This document shows positions 35,545-44,732 of a stretch of DNA of 64,000 nt, one piece after another. The DNA is from Nitrososphaerota archaeon (GTDB lineage: Archaea; Thermoproteota; Nitrososphaeria_A; Caldarchaeales; Calditenuaceae). The stretch lies in assembly GCA_033581555.1 (NCBI GenBank), contig JAVQSZ010000005.1:41199-105198 (forward strand), given 5' to 3'. Numbering within the stretch: the first letter of the stretch is position 1; every line of letters starts with the position of its first letter. The notes under the pieces were generated by a model. That model saw nothing but the letters and a program-made list of their open reading frames with translations. It was not told the origin of the DNA and did not search any database. Both the position numbers and the translations under genes were made by a program.

Positions 35545-36588
35545 TTGGGGTGCGACGTGCTCTTCGACGTCCTTACACCGAAGCAAGCCCTCTTCTTCTG
35601 GGCCGTAGGCCGAGAGCTCGAGGCCCGAGGGATCGAGGTCTCCTACGTCGCTAGGGACTACGAGCAGCTGGACTGGGTCGAGCGCGAGCTTCGGCTCGGG
35701 GCCCTGAAGGTAGGGAGGTTCGGCGGGGAGGGGCTCGAGGGGAAGCTGGTCGCGAGCACCGAGAGGCAGGCGGCCCTCATCGATGTCCTCAAGGAGCTCA
35801 GACCGAAGATCGCGGCCTCGAGCGGGTCGATCGAGCTCTGCAGGGTCGCCTACGGACTCGCGGTCAGGCACTACCTCGCCTCCGACACGCCCCACTCGCC
35901 GGTGAACAGGGTCTGCGTCCCGCTCTCCGACCTCGTCGCGACTCCCCGCTACATCCCAGTCTCGGAGTGGAGGAGGTGGGCAACTCCCTCGACCAGGTTC
36001 CTGAGGTACAGGGCCCTCGACCCGATCGCGTGGATCAGGAGGCTGGAGGGCCCGGTGAGTCGTAGTGCGGGGAGGAGGTACGTCCTCGTCAGGCCGCCGG
36101 AGAGGAAGGCGAGCTACCTCAGATCGGGTGGTCTGGAGGAGACCTCGGCGGTGATCCGGGCCCTCAGATCCAACTACGAAGGCGAGGTGCTGGTGGTCGC
36201 GAGGTACAGGGACGACGCCTCCCAACTCTCGGGGGTCTCCGGAGACCGGGTGAAGGTGTTGAACGAGCCGACGCTACTGCTGCCGCTGATCGCCGGCGCC
36301 GACGCGGTCTTCTCGGGCGGCGGAACCACGGCCCAAGAGGCCGCACTGCTCGGCGTCCCTACATTCACCTTCTACCCCGGCGAGATACCTGCAGTCCACA
36401 GGTTCCTGATCAGGAGGGGGCTGCTGAAGGAGGTAGACCCTGAAAAGCGTTCGATTGCGGCGGCGATCGAGCTCGCGATGGAGTCCGGGTTCCGAAGGAG
36501 GCTGATGGAGAGGGCGAGGAGGCTGAGGGGCTCAATGGAGGACCCCGCTGAGGCCCTCGCGAACGCTATTGCGGCTGGACTGGAGTAG
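35545..36588 (+). CDS. DUF354-like GT-B-fold protein (glycosyltransferase/epimerase-like)
   Basis: 347 aa; C-terminal Rossmann GADAVFSGGGTTAQEAALLGVPTFTF as in MurG/2-epimerase GT-B C-domains; 6 nt downstream of crenactin. Confidence 0.55.
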   Translation: MGCDVLFDVLTPKQALFFWAVGRELEARGIEVSYVARDYEQLDWVERELRLGALKVGRFGGEGLEGKLVASTERQAALIDVLKELRPKIAASSGSIELCRVAYGLAVRHYLASDTPHSPVNRVCVPLSDLVATPRYIPVSEWRRWATPSTRFLRYRALDPIAWIRRLEGPVSRSAGRRYVLVRPPERKASYLRSGGLEETSAVIRALRSNYEGEVLVVARYRDDASQLSGVSGDRVKVLNEPTLLLPLIAGADAVFSGGGTTAQEAALLGVPTFTFYPGEIPAVHRFLIRRGLLKEVDPEKRSIAAAIELAMESGFRRRLMERARRLRGSMEDPAEALANAIAAGLE

Positions 36589-36690
36589 CTTGATGGACCG
36601 GCGACTCAGATGGCAGCCAGGTGGTAGGCGCTGAGGGTCTTCGCGGACCTGCAGATCCACTCGAGGTACTCGGGGGCCACGTCGACCAAG

Positions 36691-37941
36691 ATGACCCTCG
36701 ACGAACTGGTCTACTACGCCGACCTCAAGGGAATAGACCTGATGGGGACCGGAGACGCCCTTCACCCGCTCTGGCTGAGGGAGCTGATCGAGAACACCGT
36801 GGAGGTCTCGCAGGGCGTCTACGCGTACAAAGGAGGAGGGAGGGTGAAGTTCGTCGCGCAGACGGAGGTCGCGACCGTCCACGACTACGCCGGGAGGACG
36901 CGGAAGATCCACCACGTGATCCTCATGCCGAGCCTCGAGGTCGCTGGCCAGCTCTCGGACGCGCTGAGGGGGTACGGGAACGTCGAGTCCGACGGGAGGC
37001 CAGTTCTGAACGTCAGGCCGAGCGAACTGGTCGAGGTCGTCCTTCAGACGGAACCCAGGTGCTACGTCTTCCCCGCACACGCCTGGACTCCCTGGTGGTC
37101 GATCTTCGGGGCCTTCAGTGGCGTCGACGCGGTAGAGGAGTGCTACGAGGACAAGGCCGACCGGATCCATGCGATCGAGACCGGGTTGAGCAGCGACCCG
37201 CCGATGAACTGGAGGGTGAGCTCGCTCGATCGATACCTGCTGGTCAGCTCCTCTGACTCCCACAGCCCCTACCCCTATAGGATAGGGAGGGAGATGGTCG
37301 TCCTCGAGCTGAAGGACCTCTCATACGACGGCCTCTACGCCGCCCTCACCCGCTCCCCGGGCCCTTCGATGGCGGTCATGACGGTCGAGGTCCCCCCGAG
37401 CTACGGGAAGTACCACTGGTCGGGACACAGGAGGTGCGGGGTGGGTCCGCTGAGCCCGAAGGAGGCGAAGAGGCTGAACTACGTCTGCCCGAGGTGCGGG
37501 AGGAGGCTCACGAAGGGCGTCGAGGACAGGGTCGAGGAGCTCGCCGACAGGCCTGAGGGTTACAGGCCGGAGGGCGCCCTAGACTTCGTCTACGTACTGC
37601 CGCTGCAAGAGCTGATCGCCCTGAGCAGGGGCGAGGACCCGAACGCGACCAACCTGATGTCCAAGGCGATATGGGGCGAGTACGTGAGGATGGTCGGGGC
37701 CTTCGGGAGCGAGATTCGGGCCCTCCTCGAGGCGCCAGTCGGGGAGATCGCGAGGCTCACCGACCCGGTACTCGCTCGGCTGATCGAGAGGATGAGGAGG
37801 AACCAGCTAGAAGTCGTGCCCGGGTACGACGGCCTCTACGGAAGGGTCAAGCTGCCTGAGGGCATCGGCGCCAGCGCTAGGAAGATGACGCCGAAGTCCG
37901 AGGTCGGGAGGAGGCGCACTAAGACCCTCGACGAGTACTGA
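36691..37941 (+). CDS. PHP-domain phosphoesterase with internal Zn ribbon (COG1379-like)
   Basis: 416 aa from first ATG; PHP motifs (FADLQIHSRYS encoded just upstream of this ATG, HHVILMPS, FPAHAW, SSSDSH) and CPRCGRR zinc ribbon; true N-terminus unresolved (see findings). Confidence 0.65.
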   Translation: MTLDELVYYADLKGIDLMGTGDALHPLWLRELIENTVEVSQGVYAYKGGGRVKFVAQTEVATVHDYAGRTRKIHHVILMPSLEVAGQLSDALRGYGNVESDGRPVLNVRPSELVEVVLQTEPRCYVFPAHAWTPWWSIFGAFSGVDAVEECYEDKADRIHAIETGLSSDPPMNWRVSSLDRYLLVSSSDSHSPYPYRIGREMVVLELKDLSYDGLYAALTRSPGPSMAVMTVEVPPSYGKYHWSGHRRCGVGPLSPKEAKRLNYVCPRCGRRLTKGVEDRVEELADRPEGYRPEGALDFVYVLPLQELIALSRGEDPNATNLMSKAIWGEYVRMVGAFGSEIRALLEAPVGEIARLTDPVLARLIERMRRNQLEVVPGYDGLYGRVKLPEGIGASARKMTPKSEVGRRRTKTLDEY

Positions 37942-37956
37942 CGGCAAACCCCGCGG

Positions 37957-39861
37957 TCAGGCGAGCCTAAGGGAGTCCAGGTTGTTCGGCGCGTAGACCG
38001 AGGCGCCGGGAACCACCTTCCTAGCTACCGGGTACATGGCCTGAATCGCCTCGGGCTCGCCGTGGATGAAGACGACGTTCTTAGGTCTGGTGGAGACCCG
38101 CTTGAGGTAGTTGATCAGCTGCTGCCTGCTCGAGTGGCCGGAGAAGCCATCGACCTTGTCGACCCTCATCCTCACGGTCAGGGCCTCGAACTTCCCCTCC
38201 TCGTTCATCACCTGGACCTCCCTCATCCCCTTCAGGATCTTCCTCCCCAGGGTCCCCTCGACCTGATAGCTGACGAACTGCAGCAGGTTCCGCTCGTCGC
38301 CGCAGAGCCTCCTGAAGTACGCCAGGACCGGACCTCCCTCCATCATGCCCGAGGTGGCGAGGATGATCGCGGGCTCCGTCGACTGGAGGACCTCCTCCCT
38401 CTGCTGGGGGCTCCTGACCAGCGTGAAGTAGTCGGAGAGGAAGACGTTCCCGACCTGTTCCATCTCGGCCTGGAGCTTGCCCGACATGTACTCGGGGAAC
38501 ATCATGTGGATCGCGGTGGACTCGATGAGGAGGCCATCTAGGAAGACCGGGACTTCGGGGATCACCTTCTGCTCGAAGAGCCTCCTGATCACCAGCATGA
38601 TCTCCTGAGCCCTCCCGACCGCCGGGACAGGTATCAGTACCTGACCTCCCTCACTCACGGTCTGGGATATCCTCTCGCCTAGCATCCTGACGCTCTCCTC
38701 CCTCGTGTATGGGACCGGAGTCGCGCCGTAGGTGCTCTCGAGGATCAGCGTCTCGACCCTCGGGAACTTCGTGACTGCGGGGCTCAGCATCTCGGTCTCC
38801 TCGTACTTGAAGTCGCCGGTGTAGACGACGTTGTGGAAGCCGTCGTCGACGTGAAGGTGCGCGATCGCGGATCCTATGATGTGGCCCGCGTTGTAGAAGG
38901 TCAGCCTCATGTCGGGGGTTATGTTGGTGACCACGCCGTACCTGAGCGTGACCGTGTACTGAGCGACGGTCCTGACGTCGTGCTCGGAGTATGGCGCGAA
39001 CTCACCCTCTTTCCCTATTAGGTTGAGGTAGTCGAGGTGCTCCATGATCATCAAGGGCAGCGTCGGCTCCGTCATGTAGACCGGGCCCCTGTAACCGTAC
39101 TTGAAGAGGAGCGGGAGGGCCCCGTGGTGGTCCATGTGTGAGTGCGTGACGACGACCGCGTCCAGCTCCTCGATCAGGTCTGGGTAGGAGTCGAACCTCG
39201 GGAAGACGTCGTGGATCCTGGTCGCGCCGGCGTTGATGCCCGCGTCGAGCAGGACCGTGCTCTCCTTAGTCTTGACCAGCAGGCAGGACCTCCCGACCTG
39301 CATAGCTCCCCCGAGGAACGTGATGACGACCTCGCTGTCCTGGAAGAGCCTGTCCCTGAAGACCCTCTCGCCGATCGACCTGAGGATCTCTATCCGCTCG
39401 GGCCCGGCCCCGTAGATGTACCTGCTCACCTTCTCGACGGTCGTCGAGGTCATCGGCGGAGCCCTCCTCACCGTCACGACCCACCTCAACCTGTTCTCGA
39501 GTTCAGCCACGACGGCCTCGTCGATCGGGACCACCACGTCCTTCGTCTTGATGGTGACGATCACCTCTCCCAGCTCCTCGTCGATCCGGAGGCTGTACTG
39601 GTGGCCCGCGAACGCCTCCGCGACCGCGGCCTCCGCCTCCTCCTTCGGGGCCCTTATCGAAGGGTCGGGCCTGATCACGACCCTCTTCTTGATCATGCTC
39701 ACCAGCTCCCTCGCGATCCTGTTCCTGTCCGCGAAGACGTCGGGCCTGTCGGTGTAGATCGCGATCCTCGGCCCCTCATAGTCGATCTTGGTCGCGACGC
39801 GCTGCCCCTGACCCACCGTCGCTAGATAGCTTAAGATCTCGTCCCTGATCGAGCTAAACAT
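37957..39861 (-). CDS. fttA: transcription termination factor FttA / aCPSF1 (KH-KH-metallo-beta-lactamase-beta-CASP RNase)
   Basis: 634 aa; two N-terminal KH domains, MBL motif VVTHSHMDHHGALP, beta-CASP motifs, C-terminal FIHGEPEA. Confidence 0.9.
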   Translation of the reverse strand: MFSSIRDEILSYLATVGQGQRVATKIDYEGPRIAIYTDRPDVFADRNRIARELVSMIKKRVVIRPDPSIRAPKEEAEAAVAEAFAGHQYSLRIDEELGEVIVTIKTKDVVVPIDEAVVAELENRLRWVVTVRRAPPMTSTTVEKVSRYIYGAGPERIEILRSIGERVFRDRLFQDSEVVITFLGGAMQVGRSCLLVKTKESTVLLDAGINAGATRIHDVFPRFDSYPDLIEELDAVVVTHSHMDHHGALPLLFKYGYRGPVYMTEPTLPLMIMEHLDYLNLIGKEGEFAPYSEHDVRTVAQYTVTLRYGVVTNITPDMRLTFYNAGHIIGSAIAHLHVDDGFHNVVYTGDFKYEETEMLSPAVTKFPRVETLILESTYGATPVPYTREESVRMLGERISQTVSEGGQVLIPVPAVGRAQEIMLVIRRLFEQKVIPEVPVFLDGLLIESTAIHMMFPEYMSGKLQAEMEQVGNVFLSDYFTLVRSPQQREEVLQSTEPAIILATSGMMEGGPVLAYFRRLCGDERNLLQFVSYQVEGTLGRKILKGMREVQVMNEEGKFEALTVRMRVDKVDGFSGHSSRQQLINYLKRVSTRPKNVVFIHGEPEAIQAMYPVARKVVPGASVYAPNNLDSLRLA

Positions 39862-40109
39862 GAGCTTTCTTTCACCTTCTGGGCGACAGCCCTACCTGAA
39901 CCCGCTCCGTCTTTATTTAAGTGTAAATCGTTCGGCATCCCGGCCCGCGTTGAGCTCGCACAACCGGTGCGCGCCCTCGCACACCACCTAAGCGACGGGC
40001 AGGACGCTGCAGAGTCGTCACGACACCCGCCGTATGACATACCAGTGACACCCTGGGTGCGCGCCTCGGGACGGTTTATCTTCAGGAGAGGTGTAAGAGG
40101 GGGACCGAG

Positions 40110-41441
40110 TTGCAGGACGACGTGGTCAGCGTCACCAGGGCCCACCTCTTCGGGACCTGGAGGAAGCAGAGGGGGTGGACGCCCCTCAATGCCGTGAAGG
40201 GAGAGGGCTGCTACGTCCTCGACGCCTCGGGGAGGTCGATCCTGGACTTCTCCTCGATGCTGGTCTGCGTCAACCTCGGGTACTCGAACAGGGCGATAGC
40301 CGAAGCCGTAGCGTCGCAGATAGGCACGCTGCCTTACGTGATCCCCTCCATGACCACCGTCGTGAAGGCCGAGGTCGCCCGGCTCCTGAAGGAGGTCCTG
40401 CCCGAGGGCCTCGAGAAGTTCTTCTTCTCGACTTCAGGGACAGACGCGGTAGAGGCCGCGATCAAGATCGCGAGGCTCAAGACCGGCAGGCCCAAAATCC
40501 TCTCGAGGTACTTCTCCTACCACGGGTCCACGAGCGGCTCGATCGCGGCCAGCGGCGAGGTGAGGAGGTGGTTCGTCGAGCACTTCGGGAAGGCCGGAGA
40601 CGTCGTCTTCGCACCGCCGCCTTACTGCTACAGGTGCCCGTTCAAGCTGAAGTACCCCGAGTGCGGCATCGCCTGCGTCGAGGTGATCGACCACATCATC
40701 AAGAACGAGTTCGGGATAGCCGGGATCATCTTCGAGCCTGTGGTGGGCACGAACGGCGTGATAGTCCCTCCCGAGGGTTACATGGAGAGGCTACAGGAAA
40801 TAGCGAGGGAGAACGACGTCCTCCTCATCGACGACGAGGTGATGACGGGATGGTTCAGGACCGGGAAGTGGTTCGCGGTCGAGCACTGGGGCGTCAAGCC
40901 CGACATACTCGTCACCGCGAAGGGTCTCACCTCCGCGTACGTCCCGCTCGCGCTCACAGCAGTCAGCAGGGAGATCGCGGAGCACTTCGAGGACAACTTC
41001 TTCGCGCACGGCCACACCTACGAGGCTCATCCGGTGGGGCTGGCGGCCGCTAAGGCAGCGATCCAGGAGTACAGGAGGCTCAGGATCTGGGAGAACGTCG
41101 AGAGGGTCGGGAGGTACTTGGGCAGGAGGCTGAGGGAGCTGGAGGAGAGGCACCGGTCGGTGGGTGAGGTGAGGGGAATCGGGATGTTCTGGGCAATCGA
41201 CCTGACCAGGGACAGGAACACGAGGGAACCCTTCAGCGTCTACGCCGATAAGTACGCGGGGAACTCGACGATGGCCGAGAGGTTGGCGGCAGAAGCGCTC
41301 AAGCGCGGAGTCTACCTCCTCGGCTACGTCAACAACCTCGTGATCGCCCCTCCCCTCATCGCCACCGAGGCCGACGTCGACAGGGGAGTTGATGTCCTGG
41401 ACGAGGTCCTCAGGGTCTCGGACCAGGAGGCGAGGGGCTGA
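40110..41441 (+). CDS. class-III PLP-dependent aminotransferase (acetylornithine/GABA aminotransferase family)
   Basis: 443 aa; FSTSGTDAVEAAIKIAR, DEVMTGWFRTGKWFAVEHWGVKPDILVTAKGL (PLP Lys). Confidence 0.85.
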   Translation: MQDDVVSVTRAHLFGTWRKQRGWTPLNAVKGEGCYVLDASGRSILDFSSMLVCVNLGYSNRAIAEAVASQIGTLPYVIPSMTTVVKAEVARLLKEVLPEGLEKFFFSTSGTDAVEAAIKIARLKTGRPKILSRYFSYHGSTSGSIAASGEVRRWFVEHFGKAGDVVFAPPPYCYRCPFKLKYPECGIACVEVIDHIIKNEFGIAGIIFEPVVGTNGVIVPPEGYMERLQEIARENDVLLIDDEVMTGWFRTGKWFAVEHWGVKPDILVTAKGLTSAYVPLALTAVSREIAEHFEDNFFAHGHTYEAHPVGLAAAKAAIQEYRRLRIWENVERVGRYLGRRLRELEERHRSVGEVRGIGMFWAIDLTRDRNTREPFSVYADKYAGNSTMAERLAAEALKRGVYLLGYVNNLVIAPPLIATEADVDRGVDVLDEVLRVSDQEARG

Positions 41442-41443
41442 GC

Positions 41444-42373
41444 TCAACCGATCGATATCATCAGGTACGAGACCACTATCGAGACGTAGATCAGGGAGAA
41501 GGAGATGAGGGCGGCCACGTGCCACCTCATCCTCCTGACGTAGGAGAGGCCGGCCGCGAAGACGAGGAACGAACCCACCTGGGAGACCACTAGGACCAGG
41601 TTCGCGGTGACGCTGTTCGGGAGCGGGAAGGTAGCCTCGAACTGCCCGAGCCTCATGACCCTATCGACGAAGGCCGCAGCGGGGTAGAGCGACATCGGGA
41701 GGAGCCCGAGCGGCAACAGGGCCAGCATCTGCCTCCACTGACCCCCGAACGTGATCAGCGACGCGAGGAGGCCCTTCACCCCCTTGAACCTGTCGGGCGT
41801 CCGGCCCGAGAGCCGCTCGTAGAGCTCCGAGAGGGCCGAGAAGTACCCGTAGGTGAGGAGGGCCGTGGCCGCGAGGCATACCGCGAGCCCGTCGACTGAG
41901 AAGTGCCTGAACTTGTAGACGTGGAGTATCAGGAGGACGAACTTGCCGTTGAGCAGGAGCGCCACTAGCACCGCCGCGGAGAGGGCCGCCGTCAGCGCCC
42001 CGAACCTCGGCCTTTCGACGAAAGGGCTGATCAGCCACGTGGGGACGAAGACCTGGCTCAGCAGCTCAATTGCCCTGCTCCGCCTCTGGTCAATCTCCTC
42101 GAACGAGAGGTCTTCCCTCGTCTTGAGGTACCTATAGACCTGCTCCCCAAGCTTGGTGAGGACGTAGTTCCGCTTGTCGTCCTGAGCGACGAGGTCCCTC
42201 AGCTGCCTGAGGTTGTAGTAGAGGGAGCCCGTGCTTATCCCGAGCTTCTCCCTCAAGGCCACCGCGCCTATCTTCCCGGAGTCGCCGACGACCTCGATGA
42301 TCCTCCGCCTTATGCGGTGCCGGAGCAGCCACAAGAGCTCCCTCTCGTCGATGCCTTCGGCCAAAATCTTCAC
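41444..42373 (-). CDS. membrane protein with N-terminal ArsR-like winged HTH
   Basis: 309 aa; N-terminal RRRIIEVVGDSGKIGAVALREKLGISTGSLYYNLRQL HTH then about 6 TM helices. Confidence 0.5.
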   Translation of the reverse strand: MKILAEGIDERELLWLLRHRIRRRIIEVVGDSGKIGAVALREKLGISTGSLYYNLRQLRDLVAQDDKRNYVLTKLGEQVYRYLKTREDLSFEEIDQRRSRAIELLSQVFVPTWLISPFVERPRFGALTAALSAAVLVALLLNGKFVLLILHVYKFRHFSVDGLAVCLAATALLTYGYFSALSELYERLSGRTPDRFKGVKGLLASLITFGGQWRQMLALLPLGLLPMSLYPAAAFVDRVMRLGQFEATFPLPNSVTANLVLVVSQVGSFLVFAAGLSYVRRMRWHVAALISFSLIYVSIVVSYLMISIG

Positions 42374-42442
42374 ACCTACGGGTCACCGCGTCCGCTGGAT
42401 ATTTACCGTTTATTCGGCGGGAGCTTCACGGCGGAGCTTCGC

Positions 42443-43585
42443 ATGACCTTAAGAGAAGGCGCTGGGCCTGCACTTCGGATGAAGGACGACGGGCCCGAGA
42501 AGTCGGTCTACAGGGCCGACAAGGAGAAGGAGAAGGTCCTCAGGGAGCTGAAGGCGCTCGGGACCAGGATAGTCAACGACCTGAAGAGGGGGAGATGGCC
42601 CTCGGTCGAGCTGCCGTTGAGGACGACCAAGAACATCGTCTACGACGCGGACCTCAGGCAGTACGTCCTCGGACCGAAGAAGGCGGTCAGAACCCTGAGC
42701 AACATCAGGCACGTCAGGCCCTTCGCGCAGATGGTGTGGCTGATGAAGTTCTCAAAGCAGCTGATCGAGTCGGGGAAGACCTCGACACTCAGGGACACGT
42801 ACTACGTCGCGCTGGGCGAGAACGTCGACTTCGAGGACCAGGACGAAAGCGACGACATCATCTTGGAGCTCGAGAGCGTGCTGGGTCACCCGAGGGAGGA
42901 CTTCAACATCTTCCCGGAGGAGAGGGCCTCGATATACGGGGACCTCGTGATCGAGTACACCGTCCCCGGTTTCAGGGGCAACAGGGTCGACCTATCTACG
43001 CACCCGGACGGGTATGCGATAGGCCCGGCCCTCACGACCGCCGAGTTCGTCAGGTGCGGGGCCGAGATGGTCTTCGTGATCGAGAAGGGCGCGGTCTTCA
43101 GCAGGTTCGTCGAGGAGAGGGCCGACAAGAAGTTCAAGGCGCTGCTGATCCACACCGCGGGCCAGTCTCCGAGGAACTGCAGGAAGCTGATCAGGAGGCT
43201 GAGGGAGGAGCTGGACCTCCCAATCTACGTCTTCGCCGACGCCGACCCCTACGGCGTCCACATAGCCTCGGTCCTAATCCACGGCTCCGCGCTCTCCGCC
43301 CACATCAAGCAGCTCAACGTCCCCGACGCGATCTGGGCAGGCGTCTACGCCACGGACATCACGAAGTACAAGCTGCCCTCGATGAAGTTCACTGACGTCG
43401 ACGAGAAGAGGCTCTCTGAGCTCCTGGAGGACCCCAGGTACCAGGCCGACCCGTGGAGAAGGGAGGTGAAGTACTTCGAGAAGCTGAAGAGGAAGGCGGA
43501 GCTCGAGGCCTTCTCGAAGTACGGGCTCGAGTTCATCGTGAAGGACTTCCTCCCGGAGAGGCTCGCGGAGCTCCAGAAGCGGTGA
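42443..43585 (+). CDS. top6A: DNA topoisomerase VI subunit A (Spo11 homolog)
   Basis: 380 aa from Met 42443 (longer ORF from 42317 overlaps divergent gene); 5Y-CAP region YYVALGENVDFEDQDESDD with catalytic Tyr context, Toprim VFVIEKGAVF...E and ADADPYG (DxDxxG). Confidence 0.8.
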   Translation: MTLREGAGPALRMKDDGPEKSVYRADKEKEKVLRELKALGTRIVNDLKRGRWPSVELPLRTTKNIVYDADLRQYVLGPKKAVRTLSNIRHVRPFAQMVWLMKFSKQLIESGKTSTLRDTYYVALGENVDFEDQDESDDIILELESVLGHPREDFNIFPEERASIYGDLVIEYTVPGFRGNRVDLSTHPDGYAIGPALTTAEFVRCGAEMVFVIEKGAVFSRFVEERADKKFKALLIHTAGQSPRNCRKLIRRLREELDLPIYVFADADPYGVHIASVLIHGSALSAHIKQLNVPDAIWAGVYATDITKYKLPSMKFTDVDEKRLSELLEDPRYQADPWRREVKYFEKLKRKAELEAFSKYGLEFIVKDFLPERLAELQKR

Positions 43586-43621
43586 GTTATTAGGCCGGCG
43601 GGACGATCGCACGTCAGGGTA

Positions 43622-44431
43622 TTGGTGCTGAGGTTCGCGGGCGAGAGGCCGGCGGTCCTGATAGAGAGCTCGGGGAGGAGGTACCTGCTGGTCACGGACG
43701 TCCACCTCGGCTACGAGCTGGAGCTCGCGGCTAAGGGCGTAAGGGTCCCTCCTCAGGCCCCTAAGGTCACCAGGCAACTGCTCGAGCTGGGCGAGGAGTC
43801 TGGAGCCGAGGTGCTGGTCCTCTTGGGAGACATCAAGCACAGGGTCACCGGAGTCAGCTGGAGTGAGGAGGTGGGCGTGAGGACGATGCTCTCAGAGCTA
43901 AGCAGGAGGTTCGAGGAGGTGGTGGTCCTCCCTGGGAACCACGACGCGGGCATCTCGGAGCTCGCGAAGGACACGGCGAGGCTCGCGGGGAGCAGGGGCA
44001 TCAGGATCGGGGGCTACTGGGTGATGCACGGCCACACCTGGCCCCTCCCCGAGTCGCTGGACGTCGACGCCTACGTCATCGGACACACTCACCCGACCGC
44101 GGTGATCAGGACGCCCGAGGGGGACCTCAGAATGAGGGTGAACCTGGTCCTGAAGGGCTCGAGGTCCAGGCTCGCGAGGGCGATCGCCGAGAGGCCCGGT
44201 TACGCCGAGGTCCTCGAGGTGATGAGGCCGAGGGGGACGGTCAAGCTGCTAGTGCTCGCGCACTTCAGCCCCATGGCTCCCGGCGTCGACGTGGCGGAGC
44301 TCCCCGGTTCGCGGAGGACCAGCCCGCTTTTGAGGTCCGGCGCCTTCGACGTCGCGGAGGCCGAAGTCCTGAGCACGTCGGGCGAGCTGCTCGGGAGGTT
44401 GACGGAGCTTGGGGTCGAGGAGGAGGCTTGA
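43622..44431 (+). CDS. calcineurin-like metallophosphoesterase (ICC/COG1407-like)
   Basis: VTDVHLGYE, GDIKH, GNHD, GHTWP, GHTHP metal-binding motifs. Confidence 0.7.
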   Translation: MVLRFAGERPAVLIESSGRRYLLVTDVHLGYELELAAKGVRVPPQAPKVTRQLLELGEESGAEVLVLLGDIKHRVTGVSWSEEVGVRTMLSELSRRFEEVVVLPGNHDAGISELAKDTARLAGSRGIRIGGYWVMHGHTWPLPESLDVDAYVIGHTHPTAVIRTPEGDLRMRVNLVLKGSRSRLARAIAERPGYAEVLEVMRPRGTVKLLVLAHFSPMAPGVDVAELPGSRRTSPLLRSGAFDVAEAEVLSTSGELLGRLTELGVEEEA

Positions 44432-44732
44432 GCCCGAGGAGGAGGCGAGGAGGCTCGCGGAGGAGGGAAGGGTCAAGCGGTACGTCTTCAGGCCGAGCGG
44501 CCGCGTCGTCTGGGTCGTGGTGGGCAGGAGGAGGGAGTACATCGTGATGCCCGAGGTGAACTACTGCACCTGCGACGACTACTACTTCAGGGTGATCAAG
44601 GGTCAGAAGCCCTCTTGCTACCACATAGCAGCCGTGAGGACCGCGATCTCGGAGGGGAGCTACGTCGATGTCGAGGAGGAGGACAGGTGGTTCTGGCACC
44701 TCCTCGACGAGTGGCTCGATTGGAGCGGGTGA
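44409..44732 (+). CDS. SWIM zinc-finger protein
   Basis: 107 aa; CTCDDYYFRVIKGQKPSCYHIAAV = CxC-x(n)-CxH SWIM motif; overlaps upstream gene by 23 nt. Confidence 0.5.
   Translation: MGSRRRLEPEEEARRLAEEGRVKRYVFRPSGRVVWVVVGRRREYIVMPEVNYCTCDDYYFRVIKGQKPSCYHIAAVRTAISEGSYVDVEEEDRWFWHLLDEWLDWSG

Noticed and set aside
35032-36225. 397-aa ORF on minus strand
   Set aside because: Antisense to crenactin and DUF354 genes. Composition artefact.
36621-37256. 211-aa plus-strand ORF in alternate frame of PHP gene
   Set aside because: Alternate frame of a gene with strong PHP motifs. R/G-rich artefact.
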